From an uncultured Clostridia bacterium (GTDB lineage Bacteria > Bacillota > Clostridia > UMGS1883), in assembly GCA_947630975.1 (NCBI GenBank), contig CANRJP010000003.1, positions 1-63,434 on the forward strand: a DNA stretch of 63,434 bases, given 5' to 3'. Every line of letters starts with the position of its first letter. The stretch's first letter is position 1. Positions 38,878 to 48,722 of the stretch are shown one piece after another. The position numbers and the translations under genes were made by a program. The notes under the pieces were generated by a model. The model had not been told where the DNA came from and did not search any database. It saw only the letters and a program-made list of their open reading frames with translations.

Positions 38878-40675
38878 AAGTCACCTCATAAACAGCGAGT
38901 AAAACTATCCCTATTCCATGGGTATCGTTCACACGCGTTGTCAATTCATATTTGTAGTAGTCCGGCCGGAAAGCGAACTCCGAGCCCCGGCACACGCCGT
39001 AAACGCTGCCCTCGCCGTCGGTGCAGTTTTCCACTATGGAGTTTACCGCCCGCCGTGCTTTTTCGGCATATTCCGGCTCCAGCAGGCCCATCTTCACCCC
39101 GCGCGTGAAGGCGCAGGCGAACATGGCGGTGCAGCTTGTTTCAAGATAAGCCTCCGGGTCGTCCAGCACCTGGCGCCAGCGGCCGTCCTCGCTCTGACGT
39201 GCGGCGTATCCGGCGCAAAGCTCCTTGAACATGGCCTCCATCTCCGGCCTGTCGGGGAAGTCCTCCGGCATGAAGGTCAGCAGCTCGCTGAGGGAAAACA
39301 GTGTCCAGCCGTTGCCCCGTCCCCACGCCACGCCGTTGCGCAGCCCGTGGCGGAAGTCGTACACATGGCTCATCAGCCCCTTATCCTCCATGTAAAGCAG
39401 CTTTTTGTACTGCCTGAACTGGTTGGCGGCGTCGGTCAAAAAGCGTTCCTCCCCGGTGATTTTGTACCGTCGGCACAAAAAGGGCACGCTCATGTACAAA
39501 TCGTCCAGCCACATAGTGTCGTTGTGGAAGCTGTGGAGCTGGTTTTTTCGGTAAAAGGCCCCGCTGTCCCGCCGGGGCTGGCGGTTTTCGATATAGTCGG
39601 AAATATAGGCGCAGATTTTTTCGGTATTTTTCACGCCCAAGGTCAGAGCCGCCTCCTCCACCAGAGCGCCGAAGGCTCCGCAGTCGTCAAGGCTGTCGAT
39701 GCCGCAAAGGAGGTTGTGCAGGCTTGCCGCCCCGCCGTGGCTGTCCCTGTCCCAGAGGGCGTAGTCGAAGGTGTTAAGACACCGCTCCACATGGGCGGCC
39801 ACATAAGCCTTTATTTCCCGGTCGTCAAGGAGCTGACCCAGCCGCAAAAGACCGTACAGAGTGACGCCCAGAGGATAGCTCCACCGGCCGAAATTCCCAG
39901 CCCCGTAACAGGGTCGGAGCCAAAGGTTTTTTTCCTTAAAGCGCCAGTAGGTTCCCTCGGCGGGTCGGGCGAAAAGGTCGCCCCCGTGCTCCTCCTTCAG
40001 GGGCCAAAGACCCAGCCATGCCCCATGGCCCTCTATGCCGAACAGATTTGAATAATTTTCGTCCGGCGGGAACGCAGCCTCCGTTTTACGCACCGTGACC
40101 GGGCCGTTCCCGTCCGACGCGGCGAACAGAGCGTACTCGCCGGGCTTGAGTTCGACGTTCACCGGCTCGGACTTGGGCAGCCAGGGGCCGCCGTTCAGCC
40201 GGTATTGGCAGCCCTCCGCTTCCGGCTCGTCGGGCCGCATGAAGATGTAATCCCACTTCCCCAGCCAAGTGCCGAAGATGCAGCCGAAGCCCAGAGGAGT
40301 TTTTGTCAGCTCCAGCTCGAGCAGATTTTCGCCGGGGTTCATATGTATATCCACACGGTTGTCCGTGTGATTGTTCCGTTCGGTAAAAATATTCGAGCGA
40401 AAGACCTCCGCTCCGTTCACCCTCAGTACCGCCGGGCCGAAAAGAGTTACCGTCAGGCCGATCTCCTCTTCCCCGTCCGCCGTATAAAGGCAGCGGACAA
40501 AGGCCCTGTCCCCCATTTTCGCCTGCGGAAACAGCCTGTCCATATCCGCGTGATAGCGGTAATCCGACCCGCGTCGTACGCCGCCGTCATAGAAAGCCCT
40601 CATCTTAAGAGGGACGGGAGGATTTTCGTCCATATACCTGCGGGCGATTTTTCTCGCCCGCTCAAGAATGTCCAT
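38867..40675 (-). CDS. Unsaturated rhamnogalacturonyl hydrolase (GH105), cytoplasmic, with an N-terminal beta-sandwich extension of about 230 aa
   Basis: 602 aa. The C-terminal (alpha/alpha)6 part carries MWLDDLYM, WGRGNGW and RWRQVLD, typical of YteR/YesR-type GH105. Confidence 0.88.
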   Translation of the reverse strand: MDILERARKIARRYMDENPPVPLKMRAFYDGGVRRGSDYRYHADMDRLFPQAKMGDRAFVRCLYTADGEEEIGLTVTLFGPAVLRVNGAEVFRSNIFTERNNHTDNRVDIHMNPGENLLELELTKTPLGFGCIFGTWLGKWDYIFMRPDEPEAEGCQYRLNGGPWLPKSEPVNVELKPGEYALFAASDGNGPVTVRKTEAAFPPDENYSNLFGIEGHGAWLGLWPLKEEHGGDLFARPAEGTYWRFKEKNLWLRPCYGAGNFGRWSYPLGVTLYGLLRLGQLLDDREIKAYVAAHVERCLNTFDYALWDRDSHGGAASLHNLLCGIDSLDDCGAFGALVEEAALTLGVKNTEKICAYISDYIENRQPRRDSGAFYRKNQLHSFHNDTMWLDDLYMSVPFLCRRYKITGEERFLTDAANQFRQYKKLLYMEDKGLMSHVYDFRHGLRNGVAWGRGNGWTLFSLSELLTFMPEDFPDRPEMEAMFKELCAGYAARQSEDGRWRQVLDDPEAYLETSCTAMFACAFTRGVKMGLLEPEYAEKARRAVNSIVENCTDGEGSVYGVCRGSEFAFRPDYYKYELTTRVNDTHGIGIVLLAVYEVTYGA

Positions 40676-40765
40676 ACACTCACCTCACGGTTTAATAATA
40701 CATTAAAAACCGTAAATTATCCATAAGAGTTTGTTGTAAAAATATTAGGTTTTGTGACATAAGTA

Positions 40766-40794
40766 TTGACTTATCTCTCCAAAAATACTATAAT
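40766..40794 (+). promoter_or_regulatory. Promoter of the AraC-family regulator
   Basis: TTGACT (40766-40771), a 17-nt spacer, then TATAAT (40789-40794). Confidence 0.5.
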
Positions 40795-40813
40795 TATTTT
40801 GGGAGGCGAGCCT

Positions 40814-41617
40814 ATGAGAAAAACCGTCATTAACAGATTTCGTGACTTTGTGGACTTCAACGCCGTTCAGTACGGCCACGAGGACTGCCGGCCAAATTAT
40901 TCCATCGGCAATTTCGTGCGCTCCAACCACCTTATACACTATGTTCACCGTGGAAAGGGCGTATACAAAACTGACGGCGGGGAGTTCGAACTCGGGCCGG
41001 GGGACGCCTTTCTCATATATCCCAAGGATGTGACCTTTTACAAGGCGGACGGAGAGGAGCCATGGGAATATTCGTGGGTGGAGTTTTCCGGCTCGGCGGT
41101 GGAGGGCTACCTCAGCTCCACGGAATTCACCCGTGAAAATCCGGTCGTCAGGAACAATCCCGCCGCCGGCGAGGCCATGCTGCGGCTGGCGGAGACCGAA
41201 ACTCTCAATCCCTACGAGGTTTACGGGCGGCTGATGGACGCCCTGTCCGCTTTCGCAACAAAAAAGCCCCAGCCAATGACCATGGCCGAGGACTATGTAA
41301 AATTCGCTCTGAACTACATTCATACCTTCCACTATCACAGCGCCATAACGGTCAGCGAGCTGAGCGCCTACGTGGGCGTGAACCGAAGCTACCTCTGCCG
41401 CCTGTTCAAGGAAAAGCTGGGCGTATCGCCAAAGCAGTATATCCGCACCTACCGAATGAACAACGCCGCCCGGCTGCTGACGGAGACCAATCTGCCCATC
41501 GGCCAGATAGCCCAATCCTCGGGATATGAGGATCAGCTTTACTTTTCCACGGCCTTTCGGGAGTTTTTCGGCCACAGCCCCACCGAGCACCGGAAGCTGG
41601 CCGGACGGAACAAATGA
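40814..41617 (+). CDS. AraC-family transcriptional regulator (cupin plus HTH)
   Basis: The start is at 40814 after GGGAGG. A cupin-like N-terminus is followed by a double HTH (ITVSELSAYVGVNRSYLCRLFKEKLGVSPKQYIRTYRMNNAARLL). Confidence 0.9.
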   Translation: MRKTVINRFRDFVDFNAVQYGHEDCRPNYSIGNFVRSNHLIHYVHRGKGVYKTDGGEFELGPGDAFLIYPKDVTFYKADGEEPWEYSWVEFSGSAVEGYLSSTEFTRENPVVRNNPAAGEAMLRLAETETLNPYEVYGRLMDALSAFATKKPQPMTMAEDYVKFALNYIHTFHYHSAITVSELSAYVGVNRSYLCRLFKEKLGVSPKQYIRTYRMNNAARLLTETNLPIGQIAQSSGYEDQLYFSTAFREFFGHSPTEHRKLAGRNK

Positions 41618-41619
41618 GA

Positions 41620-42483
41620 TCATATCAGCGCCGAAATATTGCTCATTATCTGCCCGGCTATCTTGGGCTTGTTCATGGTGTAAATATGTATTCCGTCCGC
41701 ATCGTTTGAGATGAGATCCACGATCTGCTCCGTGGCGTAAGCGATGCCCGCCTGGAGGAGAGCCGGCGGATCGTCCTGATATTTTTCCACCATTTTCATG
41801 AATTTCGGCGTCAGCGACGCCCCGGAAAGAGCGCACATACGCTTGATTTGGGACGCGTTCTGCACGGGCATTATCCCCGCGAGAATGGGTACGTCGATTT
41901 TCCTGGCCGCGCATCTGTCACGGAAGCGCAGGAAGGCCCCGTTGTCAAAGAAAAGCTGAGTTATCAGAAAATCGCAGCCGCAGTCCACCTTGTGCTTCAA
42001 ATTGTTAAGGTCGGTCTCAATGTCGGGGCACTCCACGTGACCTTCGGGATAACAGGCGCCCCCGATGCAAAAGCCGCCCTGCCCTTTGAGCCGTTCGATC
42101 AGGTCGCAGGCGTGGAGAAAGTGCCGAGGGTTGGGAAAGTCCCCGTCCTCGGGAATGTCGCCGCGCATGGCGAGAATGTTCTCTATCCCCTTTTCTCTTA
42201 ACCGCGACGAGATAACGTCTATTTCGTCCTTCGTGGACGCCACGCAGGTCAGGTGGCTCAAGGCGGTCACCCCGTGCTTATCCTGAATTTCCGCCGAAAT
42301 ATCGGCGGTGTAAGCGCTGGTGCCTCCGCCGGCGCCATAGGTAACGCTGATAAAGTCGGGACGCAGTCCGGCCAGCTCCGCCACCGCCGCCCGCACGCCC
42401 TCAAACATCTCTGTCTTTTTGGGCGGAAAAACCTCAAAAGAAATATTAAGCTTTTTGTTTTTTAAAATATCGTTTATGTACAT
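41620..42483 (-). CDS. metF: Methylenetetrahydrofolate reductase
   Basis: SFEVFPPK, FISVTYGAGGGT and HLTC are present. I prefer the ATG at 42483 (AAGAGG 8 nt upstream) over the GTG at 42489. Confidence 0.93.
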   Translation of the reverse strand: MYINDILKNKKLNISFEVFPPKKTEMFEGVRAAVAELAGLRPDFISVTYGAGGGTSAYTADISAEIQDKHGVTALSHLTCVASTKDEIDVISSRLREKGIENILAMRGDIPEDGDFPNPRHFLHACDLIERLKGQGGFCIGGACYPEGHVECPDIETDLNNLKHKVDCGCDFLITQLFFDNGAFLRFRDRCAARKIDVPILAGIMPVQNASQIKRMCALSGASLTPKFMKMVEKYQDDPPALLQAGIAYATEQIVDLISNDADGIHIYTMNKPKIAGQIMSNISALI

Positions 42484-42754
42484 AATCACTGCCTCTTAAC
42501 GCGTAATTGATTTCGCACAGGAGCTCTTCCGTGCGCGGCATCAATATTATTCTACCACATTACTGGGAAAAAATCAAGTCCCAAAAATGTCTTTTATTTA
42601 TTTTGTATAAGCTCATTGAGCAAACTGCAATTAATTGTTGACTTTTTGGACAGCGTATGATAAAATAATATATTATAAGATATTTGTTGAAGATATTCAT
42701 TGCGAAGAACTCGGTTCGGCCTGTATTTTCCAAAGGTTTAAGGAGCGCATAATC

Positions 42755-45673
42755 ATGAAAAAATGGTTTAAAAAATTATTACCGTCTTTTTTGATGTGCA
42801 TAGTTGTTATTGCCACTGTCTTAATAGGGGCTTTTTATTTCAACTTTATTTCCCGCCGCATATATGAGGACAGCGCCGACCATCTTGAAGAGATCTACGG
42901 TCAGGTCAACCGTTCCTTCGGAGCCTTTATCGAAAGGAACTGGGGGCTGCTGGACGATTGGGGGCTGTATCTTTCTCTCGAGAAAAATTCGGAAATAGAC
43001 ACGGCTCTTGACCTCATCGAAAAAGAACAGAATTACTGGGGCTTTTCGGAATTTTATTTTCTTTCATCGGACGGCAATTGTATGTCGCCCCAAGGCGGCG
43101 TAAGCGGCGTCGATCTTGGCCGAGACATGGCCGGCCTTCTCAACGGCGAAAAAATCATGGCGGGCGTCGCTCTTGACGGCAATCGGGAAATAACGGTTTT
43201 CGCCGTTCCGGTCGAGCACGGCGTGTACAACGGCTTTGATTTTGACGCCATAGCGGTGAGCTATACCAACGCCGCCCTCGCCGACTCGCTGAACGTGGAC
43301 GCTTTCTCGGGTCAGGCCAACTGTTTTGTCATTCACAACGACGGCAGCGTGCTGCTCTCCACTCAGGAGGGCGGCAGCGTGTTCAGCAATTATCTCACGT
43401 ATCTGCGGGCGGCCTCAAATCTCGGCAACGGCAGGCTGGCCGAGATACAAAAGGACTGGGAAAACGGCAGACACGGCCTTTTACAGTGCGGGATAGGCGG
43501 CGTAAGCTACTGTATTCTGTATCAGCCCACAGGCTATCAGGACTACATGATGCTCAGCGCCGTGCCTCAAAGCGCTCTCAGCGGCGGTTTCCTTTCCGTA
43601 CAGAAGGCCACGATGAACGTGCTGCTGGTAATATTCCTGCTGGTGGGCGCGGCGGTGATAACTTTCTTTATACTCCGCGGCCGCAAGCAGTCCCGGCTCA
43701 ACCGTATGGAGCTGCAATACCGCGAGCGTATGTTCGACGTGCTTTCCAGCAGCGTCGACGACATATTCATCATGCTGAACTCCGAAAATCAGCACGTGGA
43801 TTACATAAGCCCAAACATCGAAAGACTGCTGGGCATTCCCCTGGACGAGGCAAAAGCCGACATAAAGGTTATGGAAAAATGCGCCGTCAACTGCAACGTC
43901 GTCATTCCCAGAGACGAGCTGTCGGCCATACCCTTGAACGGCAGCCGCTACTGGGAATGTGAATATATGCACCAGAACACCGGCGAGCGCCGCTGGTACA
44001 GAATGACGGTATACCGAATGGATATTCAGGGCACCGAAAAATATATCATAGTGCTGTCCGACCGCACTCTTGAGCAGCAGATGAACCAGAAGCTGACCGA
44101 GGCCCTGAACGCCGCCAAGAGCGCCAACGAGGCCAAGAGCAACTTCCTTTCCAATATGTCCCACGATATACGCACGCCCATGAACGCCATCGTAGGCTTT
44201 TCGGTGCTTTTGGAAAAGGACGCCGATCAGGCCGACAAGGTTCGGGAGTACACCCATAAGATTATGGCCTCCAGCCACCACCTATTAAGCCTGATAAACG
44301 ACGTGCTGGACATGAGCAAGATAGATAGCGGCAAGACCTCGCTGAACGTGGACCGCTTCAGTCTGCCGGAGCTTCTCGAGGAGCTTAATATCATACTGAT
44401 GCCGCAGGCGAAGGCCAAGACCCAGGACTTCACCGTCCATGTGCTGGGGACTCCGCCGGAGCAGATAGTGGGCGACAAGCTGAGACTCAATCAGATATTG
44501 CTCAACCTTTTATCCAACGCCATAAAGTACACGCCCGACAACGGAAAAATCGAATTCACGGTAAACGAGGTGCCGCAGCCCGCGCCCCAGTATATAAAGC
44601 TGCGGTTCGCGGTGAAGGACAACGGCATAGGCATGAGCGAGGAATATCTCGAACACATTTTTACGCCCTTCAGCCGCGAGGTAAGCTCCCTTACCAACAA
44701 GATACAGGGCACGGGTCTGGGCATGGCCATCACCAAAAATCTGGTGGATCTCATGGGCGGCATAATAACCGTGGAGAGCAAGCTCGGCGTCGGCAGCACC
44801 TTCACCGTCGAGCTCACCTTCGCCCGTCCCGAACAGGAGGAGGGCGACAGTTGGTTCCGGGGCAGGATAACCCGTATGCTTGTGGCCGACGACGAGGAGG
44901 ACGTCTGCCTCAATATCAGAGAAATGATGCACGGCACCGGCGTCGACGTGTCCTACGTCACCGACGGAGCGGCCGCCGTGGACGCGGCGGTTCGGGCTCA
45001 CAAAAGCGGGAACGGCTTCCATGTCATTTTGCTGGACTGGAAAATGCCGGGAATGGACGGCGTTGAGACCGCCCACGCCATCCGTGAAAAGGTCGGTGCA
45101 AACGTACCGATTTTGGTGCTCACCTCCTATGATTGGAGTGAAATAGAGGATCAGGCCCGCGAGGCCGGCATCGACGCCTTTATGCCGAAGCCCTTCTTCG
45201 CGTCCACCTTCTGGCATACCATAAAGCCCCTGTTCACGCCTCATGAAGAGCGGCCGGCCTCGCCGGAAAAGGGCGTTATCTCGGGTATGCGCTTCCTTGT
45301 GGCCGAGGACAATGAGCTGAACGCCGAAATACTTACCGAAATGATGAATATCGAAGGAGCGGAATGCGAGGTTGCGGTGAACGGCAAGGCCGCCCTCGAA
45401 GCCTTTGAAAAATCGGAGCCGGGGCGCTACGACATGATACTTATGGACGTGCAGATGCCGGTAATGAACGGCTACGACGCCACAAGGGCTATTCGGGCCT
45501 CCAAGCATCCCGAGGCGAAAACCGTTCCCATTGTGGCAATGACCGCCAACACATTTGCCGAAGATGTGCGCAACGCCCTTGACGCCGGTATGGACGGTCA
45601 TCTGGCTAAGCCCATAAACATGGACGCCGTGCGGGAGCTTATCGGCAAAATCATGAGCAAGAGGAGAAAGTAG
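42755..45673 (+). CDS. Hybrid sensor histidine kinase with an extracytoplasmic Cache-like sensor, PAS, HisKA/HATPase and two receiver domains
   Basis: The start MKKWFKK follows AAGGAG. The H-box is SHDIRTPMNAIVGF, followed by N/G boxes. Two REC domains are present (LLDWKMPGMDG and LMDVQMPVMNG). There is no DNA-binding output domain. Confidence 0.92.
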   Translation: MKKWFKKLLPSFLMCIVVIATVLIGAFYFNFISRRIYEDSADHLEEIYGQVNRSFGAFIERNWGLLDDWGLYLSLEKNSEIDTALDLIEKEQNYWGFSEFYFLSSDGNCMSPQGGVSGVDLGRDMAGLLNGEKIMAGVALDGNREITVFAVPVEHGVYNGFDFDAIAVSYTNAALADSLNVDAFSGQANCFVIHNDGSVLLSTQEGGSVFSNYLTYLRAASNLGNGRLAEIQKDWENGRHGLLQCGIGGVSYCILYQPTGYQDYMMLSAVPQSALSGGFLSVQKATMNVLLVIFLLVGAAVITFFILRGRKQSRLNRMELQYRERMFDVLSSSVDDIFIMLNSENQHVDYISPNIERLLGIPLDEAKADIKVMEKCAVNCNVVIPRDELSAIPLNGSRYWECEYMHQNTGERRWYRMTVYRMDIQGTEKYIIVLSDRTLEQQMNQKLTEALNAAKSANEAKSNFLSNMSHDIRTPMNAIVGFSVLLEKDADQADKVREYTHKIMASSHHLLSLINDVLDMSKIDSGKTSLNVDRFSLPELLEELNIILMPQAKAKTQDFTVHVLGTPPEQIVGDKLRLNQILLNLLSNAIKYTPDNGKIEFTVNEVPQPAPQYIKLRFAVKDNGIGMSEEYLEHIFTPFSREVSSLTNKIQGTGLGMAITKNLVDLMGGIITVESKLGVGSTFTVELTFARPEQEEGDSWFRGRITRMLVADDEEDVCLNIREMMHGTGVDVSYVTDGAAAVDAAVRAHKSGNGFHVILLDWKMPGMDGVETAHAIREKVGANVPILVLTSYDWSEIEDQAREAGIDAFMPKPFFASTFWHTIKPLFTPHEERPASPEKGVISGMRFLVAEDNELNAEILTEMMNIEGAECEVAVNGKAALEAFEKSEPGRYDMILMDVQMPVMNGYDATRAIRASKHPEAKTVPIVAMTANTFAEDVRNALDAGMDGHLAKPINMDAVRELIGKIMSKRRK

Positions 45674-45997
45674 GGCTGTAAAAAAAAGGTTATGCGGGTG
45701 CTCTTAGCCTTCCCCTTTGAGGGGAAGGTGGCACGAAGTGCCGGATGAGGTGTAGGATGCGTAGCATCCGTCATGCACTTACATTCAACGCCGCCTGCGG
45801 CGGCTACACCTCATCAGTCGGCTTCGCCGACAGCTTCCCCTCGAGGGGAAGCCTTTTTTATCTGGCATTGTTACCGTAATAAACTCGTATATTTATGTTT
45901 TTAATCAGGGAATAGTATTAAGCCCTTGAACGTTCTGCACGATTTTTTCGACCGGCTCCCGTGCCTCCAGATTACATAGTCAGTTTTTTTACAGCCC
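45674..45997 (-). repeat. Family B-related element, rearranged, carrying a family D doublet
   Basis: GGGCTGTAAAAAAAAGG lies at the left, and AAGCCCTTGAACGTTCTGCACGATTTTTTCGACCGGC plus GTGCCTCCAGATTACATAGTCAG at the right. It has no C module. Confidence 0.7.
45706..45853. repeat. Family D inverted doublet (REPIN-like)
   Basis: Two inverted arms each contain CTTCCCCT(T)NGAGGGGAAG, a 5-6 bp stem with a GAA loop, and GATGAGGTGTAG followed by a 6-bp-stem palindrome. The arms are separated by about 21 nt. Confidence 0.75.
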
Positions 45998-46011
45998 CAT
46001 TTTACCATTAC

Positions 46012-46671
46012 CTAAAACACCGTATTTTCGTCCAGAGTGCCAAACTCGTACCCGGCGGCCTCGATAATCGAAAGTATCTCGTCCAGCGCCTCGGAGGTGC
46101 TTTTTCTGTCGTGGAGCAAAATCACCGCCGTCGGCCCGGCCTCCTCAAGGCCGGAACGCAGATTTTCCAACACGGCGCTACGGTCTACCACCGCGCCGAT
46201 GGAGTCCCGAGGATCCACGTTCCAGTCAAATATTTTATAGCCCGCCGTTTCCAAAAGCTGACGCTGTCTGTCTGTCAGGTTCGGCTTGCTGCCGTAGGGC
46301 GTCCGCACCACACGGCTGCGGCGGCCAAGCAGCTTGTACAGCGCATCGTTGGTTTCGTTCATTTCCGTGAGAGGACTGGTGGGAGTGGCGTAAATGTCAC
46401 CGTTGTGGCTCACCCCGTGCAGCCCCACCGTAAATCCGGAGCCGTCCATCATTTTTATGTAGTCCGGATAGGTCTCTATTCTGTCCTTCAGCACAAAAAA
46501 CGCCGCGCCCGCACCGTGCTTACGCAAGGTATCGATTATGTGCGGAGTGTTCAGCGTCGGGCCGTCGTCGATGGTGATATAGGCCACCTTTTTTTCCGGA
46601 GCCGCCCCGTCTACTATCACCGAAAAAATGATTATCACCGCCGCAAGTGAAAAAAATACAAAACGCCGCAT
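46012..46671 (-). CDS. Polysaccharide deacetylase family protein (CE4), membrane-anchored or secreted
   Basis: 219 aa with an N-terminal TM segment. NodB motifs ITIDDGP and HGVSH are present. Confidence 0.85.
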   Translation of the reverse strand: MRRFVFFSLAAVIIIFSVIVDGAAPEKKVAYITIDDGPTLNTPHIIDTLRKHGAGAAFFVLKDRIETYPDYIKMMDGSGFTVGLHGVSHNGDIYATPTSPLTEMNETNDALYKLLGRRSRVVRTPYGSKPNLTDRQRQLLETAGYKIFDWNVDPRDSIGAVVDRSAVLENLRSGLEEAGPTAVILLHDRKSTSEALDEILSIIEAAGYEFGTLDENTVF

Positions 46672-46785
46672 AAGCTCACCTCGATACAGCCTATGACGGG
46701 AGATATTTTTTTATGTTTACCCCTTGCGCGGACGGGTTTTCTGTGATATACTATGTGCAGAATTTTTTCGACAAGGAGTAAAAGT

Positions 46786-48720
46786 ATGAAGATCGCCACA
46801 AATGAGTTTGCCCCGCTTAAAAACGTAAAAATAACCGACGGCTTTTGGAGCCGGTACACGGATCTGGCTAAAGACAGGATCATCCCCTATCAGTGGCAGG
46901 CGATAAACGACCTTGTTCCCGACACGGAGCCAAGCCACGCCATCGCCAACTTCCGCATCGCCGCCGGCCTTGAGGAGGGGGAGTTCAACGGCTACGTTTT
47001 TCAGGACAGCGACGTCTATAAATGGCTGGAGGCCGTGGCCTACCGGCTGACCATCGCGCCCGACAAGGAGCTGGAGGCCACCGCCGACGGGGTTATCGAC
47101 CTCATGGAAAAGGCCCAGGACGGGGACGGCTACCTCATGACATATTTTCAGATAACGCAGCCGGACAAAAAGTTCACCAACCTTCTTGACTGCCACGAGC
47201 TGTACTGCGCCGGTCACATGACCGAGGCGGGAGTGGCGTATTACGAGGCCACCGGCAAAGATAAGCTGCTGAACATTGTCCGCCGCTTTATCGACCTGAT
47301 AGATACAAAGATAGGCCCGGAGGAGGGCAAGCTCCACGGTTATCCCGGCCATCCGGAGCTGGAGCTGGCCCTGATGCGGCTGTACGGCGTCACCGGCGAG
47401 GAGCGCTACCTCAACCTTTGCAAGTACATGATCGACGCCCGCGGCACGGAACCGAATTTTTTCGAGGAAGAGCTTAAGGCCCGGGGCTATGTGAACCACT
47501 GGAACGGCCGTCAGGAGCACGTGGACAAGCACTACAACCAGTCCCACAAGCCCATAAGAGAACAGACCGAGGCCACGGGCCACAGCGTCCGTGCCGGCTA
47601 CCTTTACACCGGAGTAGCGGCGCTGGCCGCGGAGACCGGCGACCAAGGCCTGAAAAAAGCCGCCGAGGCCCTTTGGGACAACATCACTCAAAAGCAGATG
47701 TACATAACCGGCGGCGTCGGGGCGCAGGTGTACGGGGAGGCCTACAGCTTCAACTACCATTTACCCAACGACACGGTTTATAACGAAACCTGCGCGGCCA
47801 TAGCCATGGTATTCTTCGCCCGGCAGATGCTGCGCATGGACGTGGACGGCAAATATTCCGACATCATGGAGCGGCTGCTCTACAACGGCACAATATGCGG
47901 AATGTCTTTGGACGGCCGCCACTTCTTCTACACCAATCCCCTTGAAATGTGGGAGGAGGCCACTCAAAAGGCCGGCCCATGCCGCCATATCCGCAGCAAG
48001 CGTCCCGGCTGGTTCGGCTGCGCCTGCTGTCCGCCCAATTTGGCCAGAATGATAACCTCCCTCGGCGGATATGTGTATTCCTCCTCCCCCGACACGGTAT
48101 ACACCCACCTTTTCATAGGCGGCGAAGCGGAAATCGAAATGCCCTTTGGGCGGGTACGCATAGAGCAGAGCGGCAACTATCCCTGGGACGGCAAGATCTC
48201 CTTCCGTCTAAGCGCCGGAGACTACACCTTTGCCGTACGCATACCGTCCTGGGCTCGGAGCTTCGAGCTGAAGGTCAACGGTCTCAGCGCCCAGCCCGTA
48301 TTGAAGAAGGGCTATGCCTACATAAGCCGTAAATGGAAGGATGACGACAGCGTTTGTCTGACCTTGCCCATGCCGGTTGAACTCATGGAGGCCAATCCAC
48401 TCGCCCGCGAGGATAACGGCATGGCCGCCGTCATGAGGGGGCCGGTGGTCTACTGTCTGGAGTCCGCCGACAACGGAGACTGCCTGAGCGCCCTGCGCTT
48501 GGGCGATCAAAAGGACTTCACCGCCTACCGTGACAGCTCGCTGTTTGAAGGGGCCGTCAACATAAAGGGCAAAGCCTACCGCCGTCCGAGCTGGGCTGAC
48601 AACGCCCTCTACCGTCCTCTCTCCGCCGCCGAGGACGAAACCGAGGTGACCGCCATACCCTACGCCTTTTGGGGTAACCGTGAGGACACAAGGGAAATGA
48701 CCGTTTGGGTCAGAAAATAG
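46786..48720 (+). CDS. GH127 beta-L-arabinofuranosidase-like protein (DUF1680)
   Basis: About 644 aa from MKIATNEF (AAGGAG RBS). YPGHPELELALMRLY and the Cys cluster FGCACCPPN are typical of HypBA1-type enzymes. Confidence 0.9.
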   Translation: MKIATNEFAPLKNVKITDGFWSRYTDLAKDRIIPYQWQAINDLVPDTEPSHAIANFRIAAGLEEGEFNGYVFQDSDVYKWLEAVAYRLTIAPDKELEATADGVIDLMEKAQDGDGYLMTYFQITQPDKKFTNLLDCHELYCAGHMTEAGVAYYEATGKDKLLNIVRRFIDLIDTKIGPEEGKLHGYPGHPELELALMRLYGVTGEERYLNLCKYMIDARGTEPNFFEEELKARGYVNHWNGRQEHVDKHYNQSHKPIREQTEATGHSVRAGYLYTGVAALAAETGDQGLKKAAEALWDNITQKQMYITGGVGAQVYGEAYSFNYHLPNDTVYNETCAAIAMVFFARQMLRMDVDGKYSDIMERLLYNGTICGMSLDGRHFFYTNPLEMWEEATQKAGPCRHIRSKRPGWFGCACCPPNLARMITSLGGYVYSSSPDTVYTHLFIGGEAEIEMPFGRVRIEQSGNYPWDGKISFRLSAGDYTFAVRIPSWARSFELKVNGLSAQPVLKKGYAYISRKWKDDDSVCLTLPMPVELMEANPLAREDNGMAAVMRGPVVYCLESADNGDCLSALRLGDQKDFTAYRDSSLFEGAVNIKGKAYRRPSWADNALYRPLSAAEDETEVTAIPYAFWGNREDTREMTVWVRK

Positions 48721-48722
48721 TA

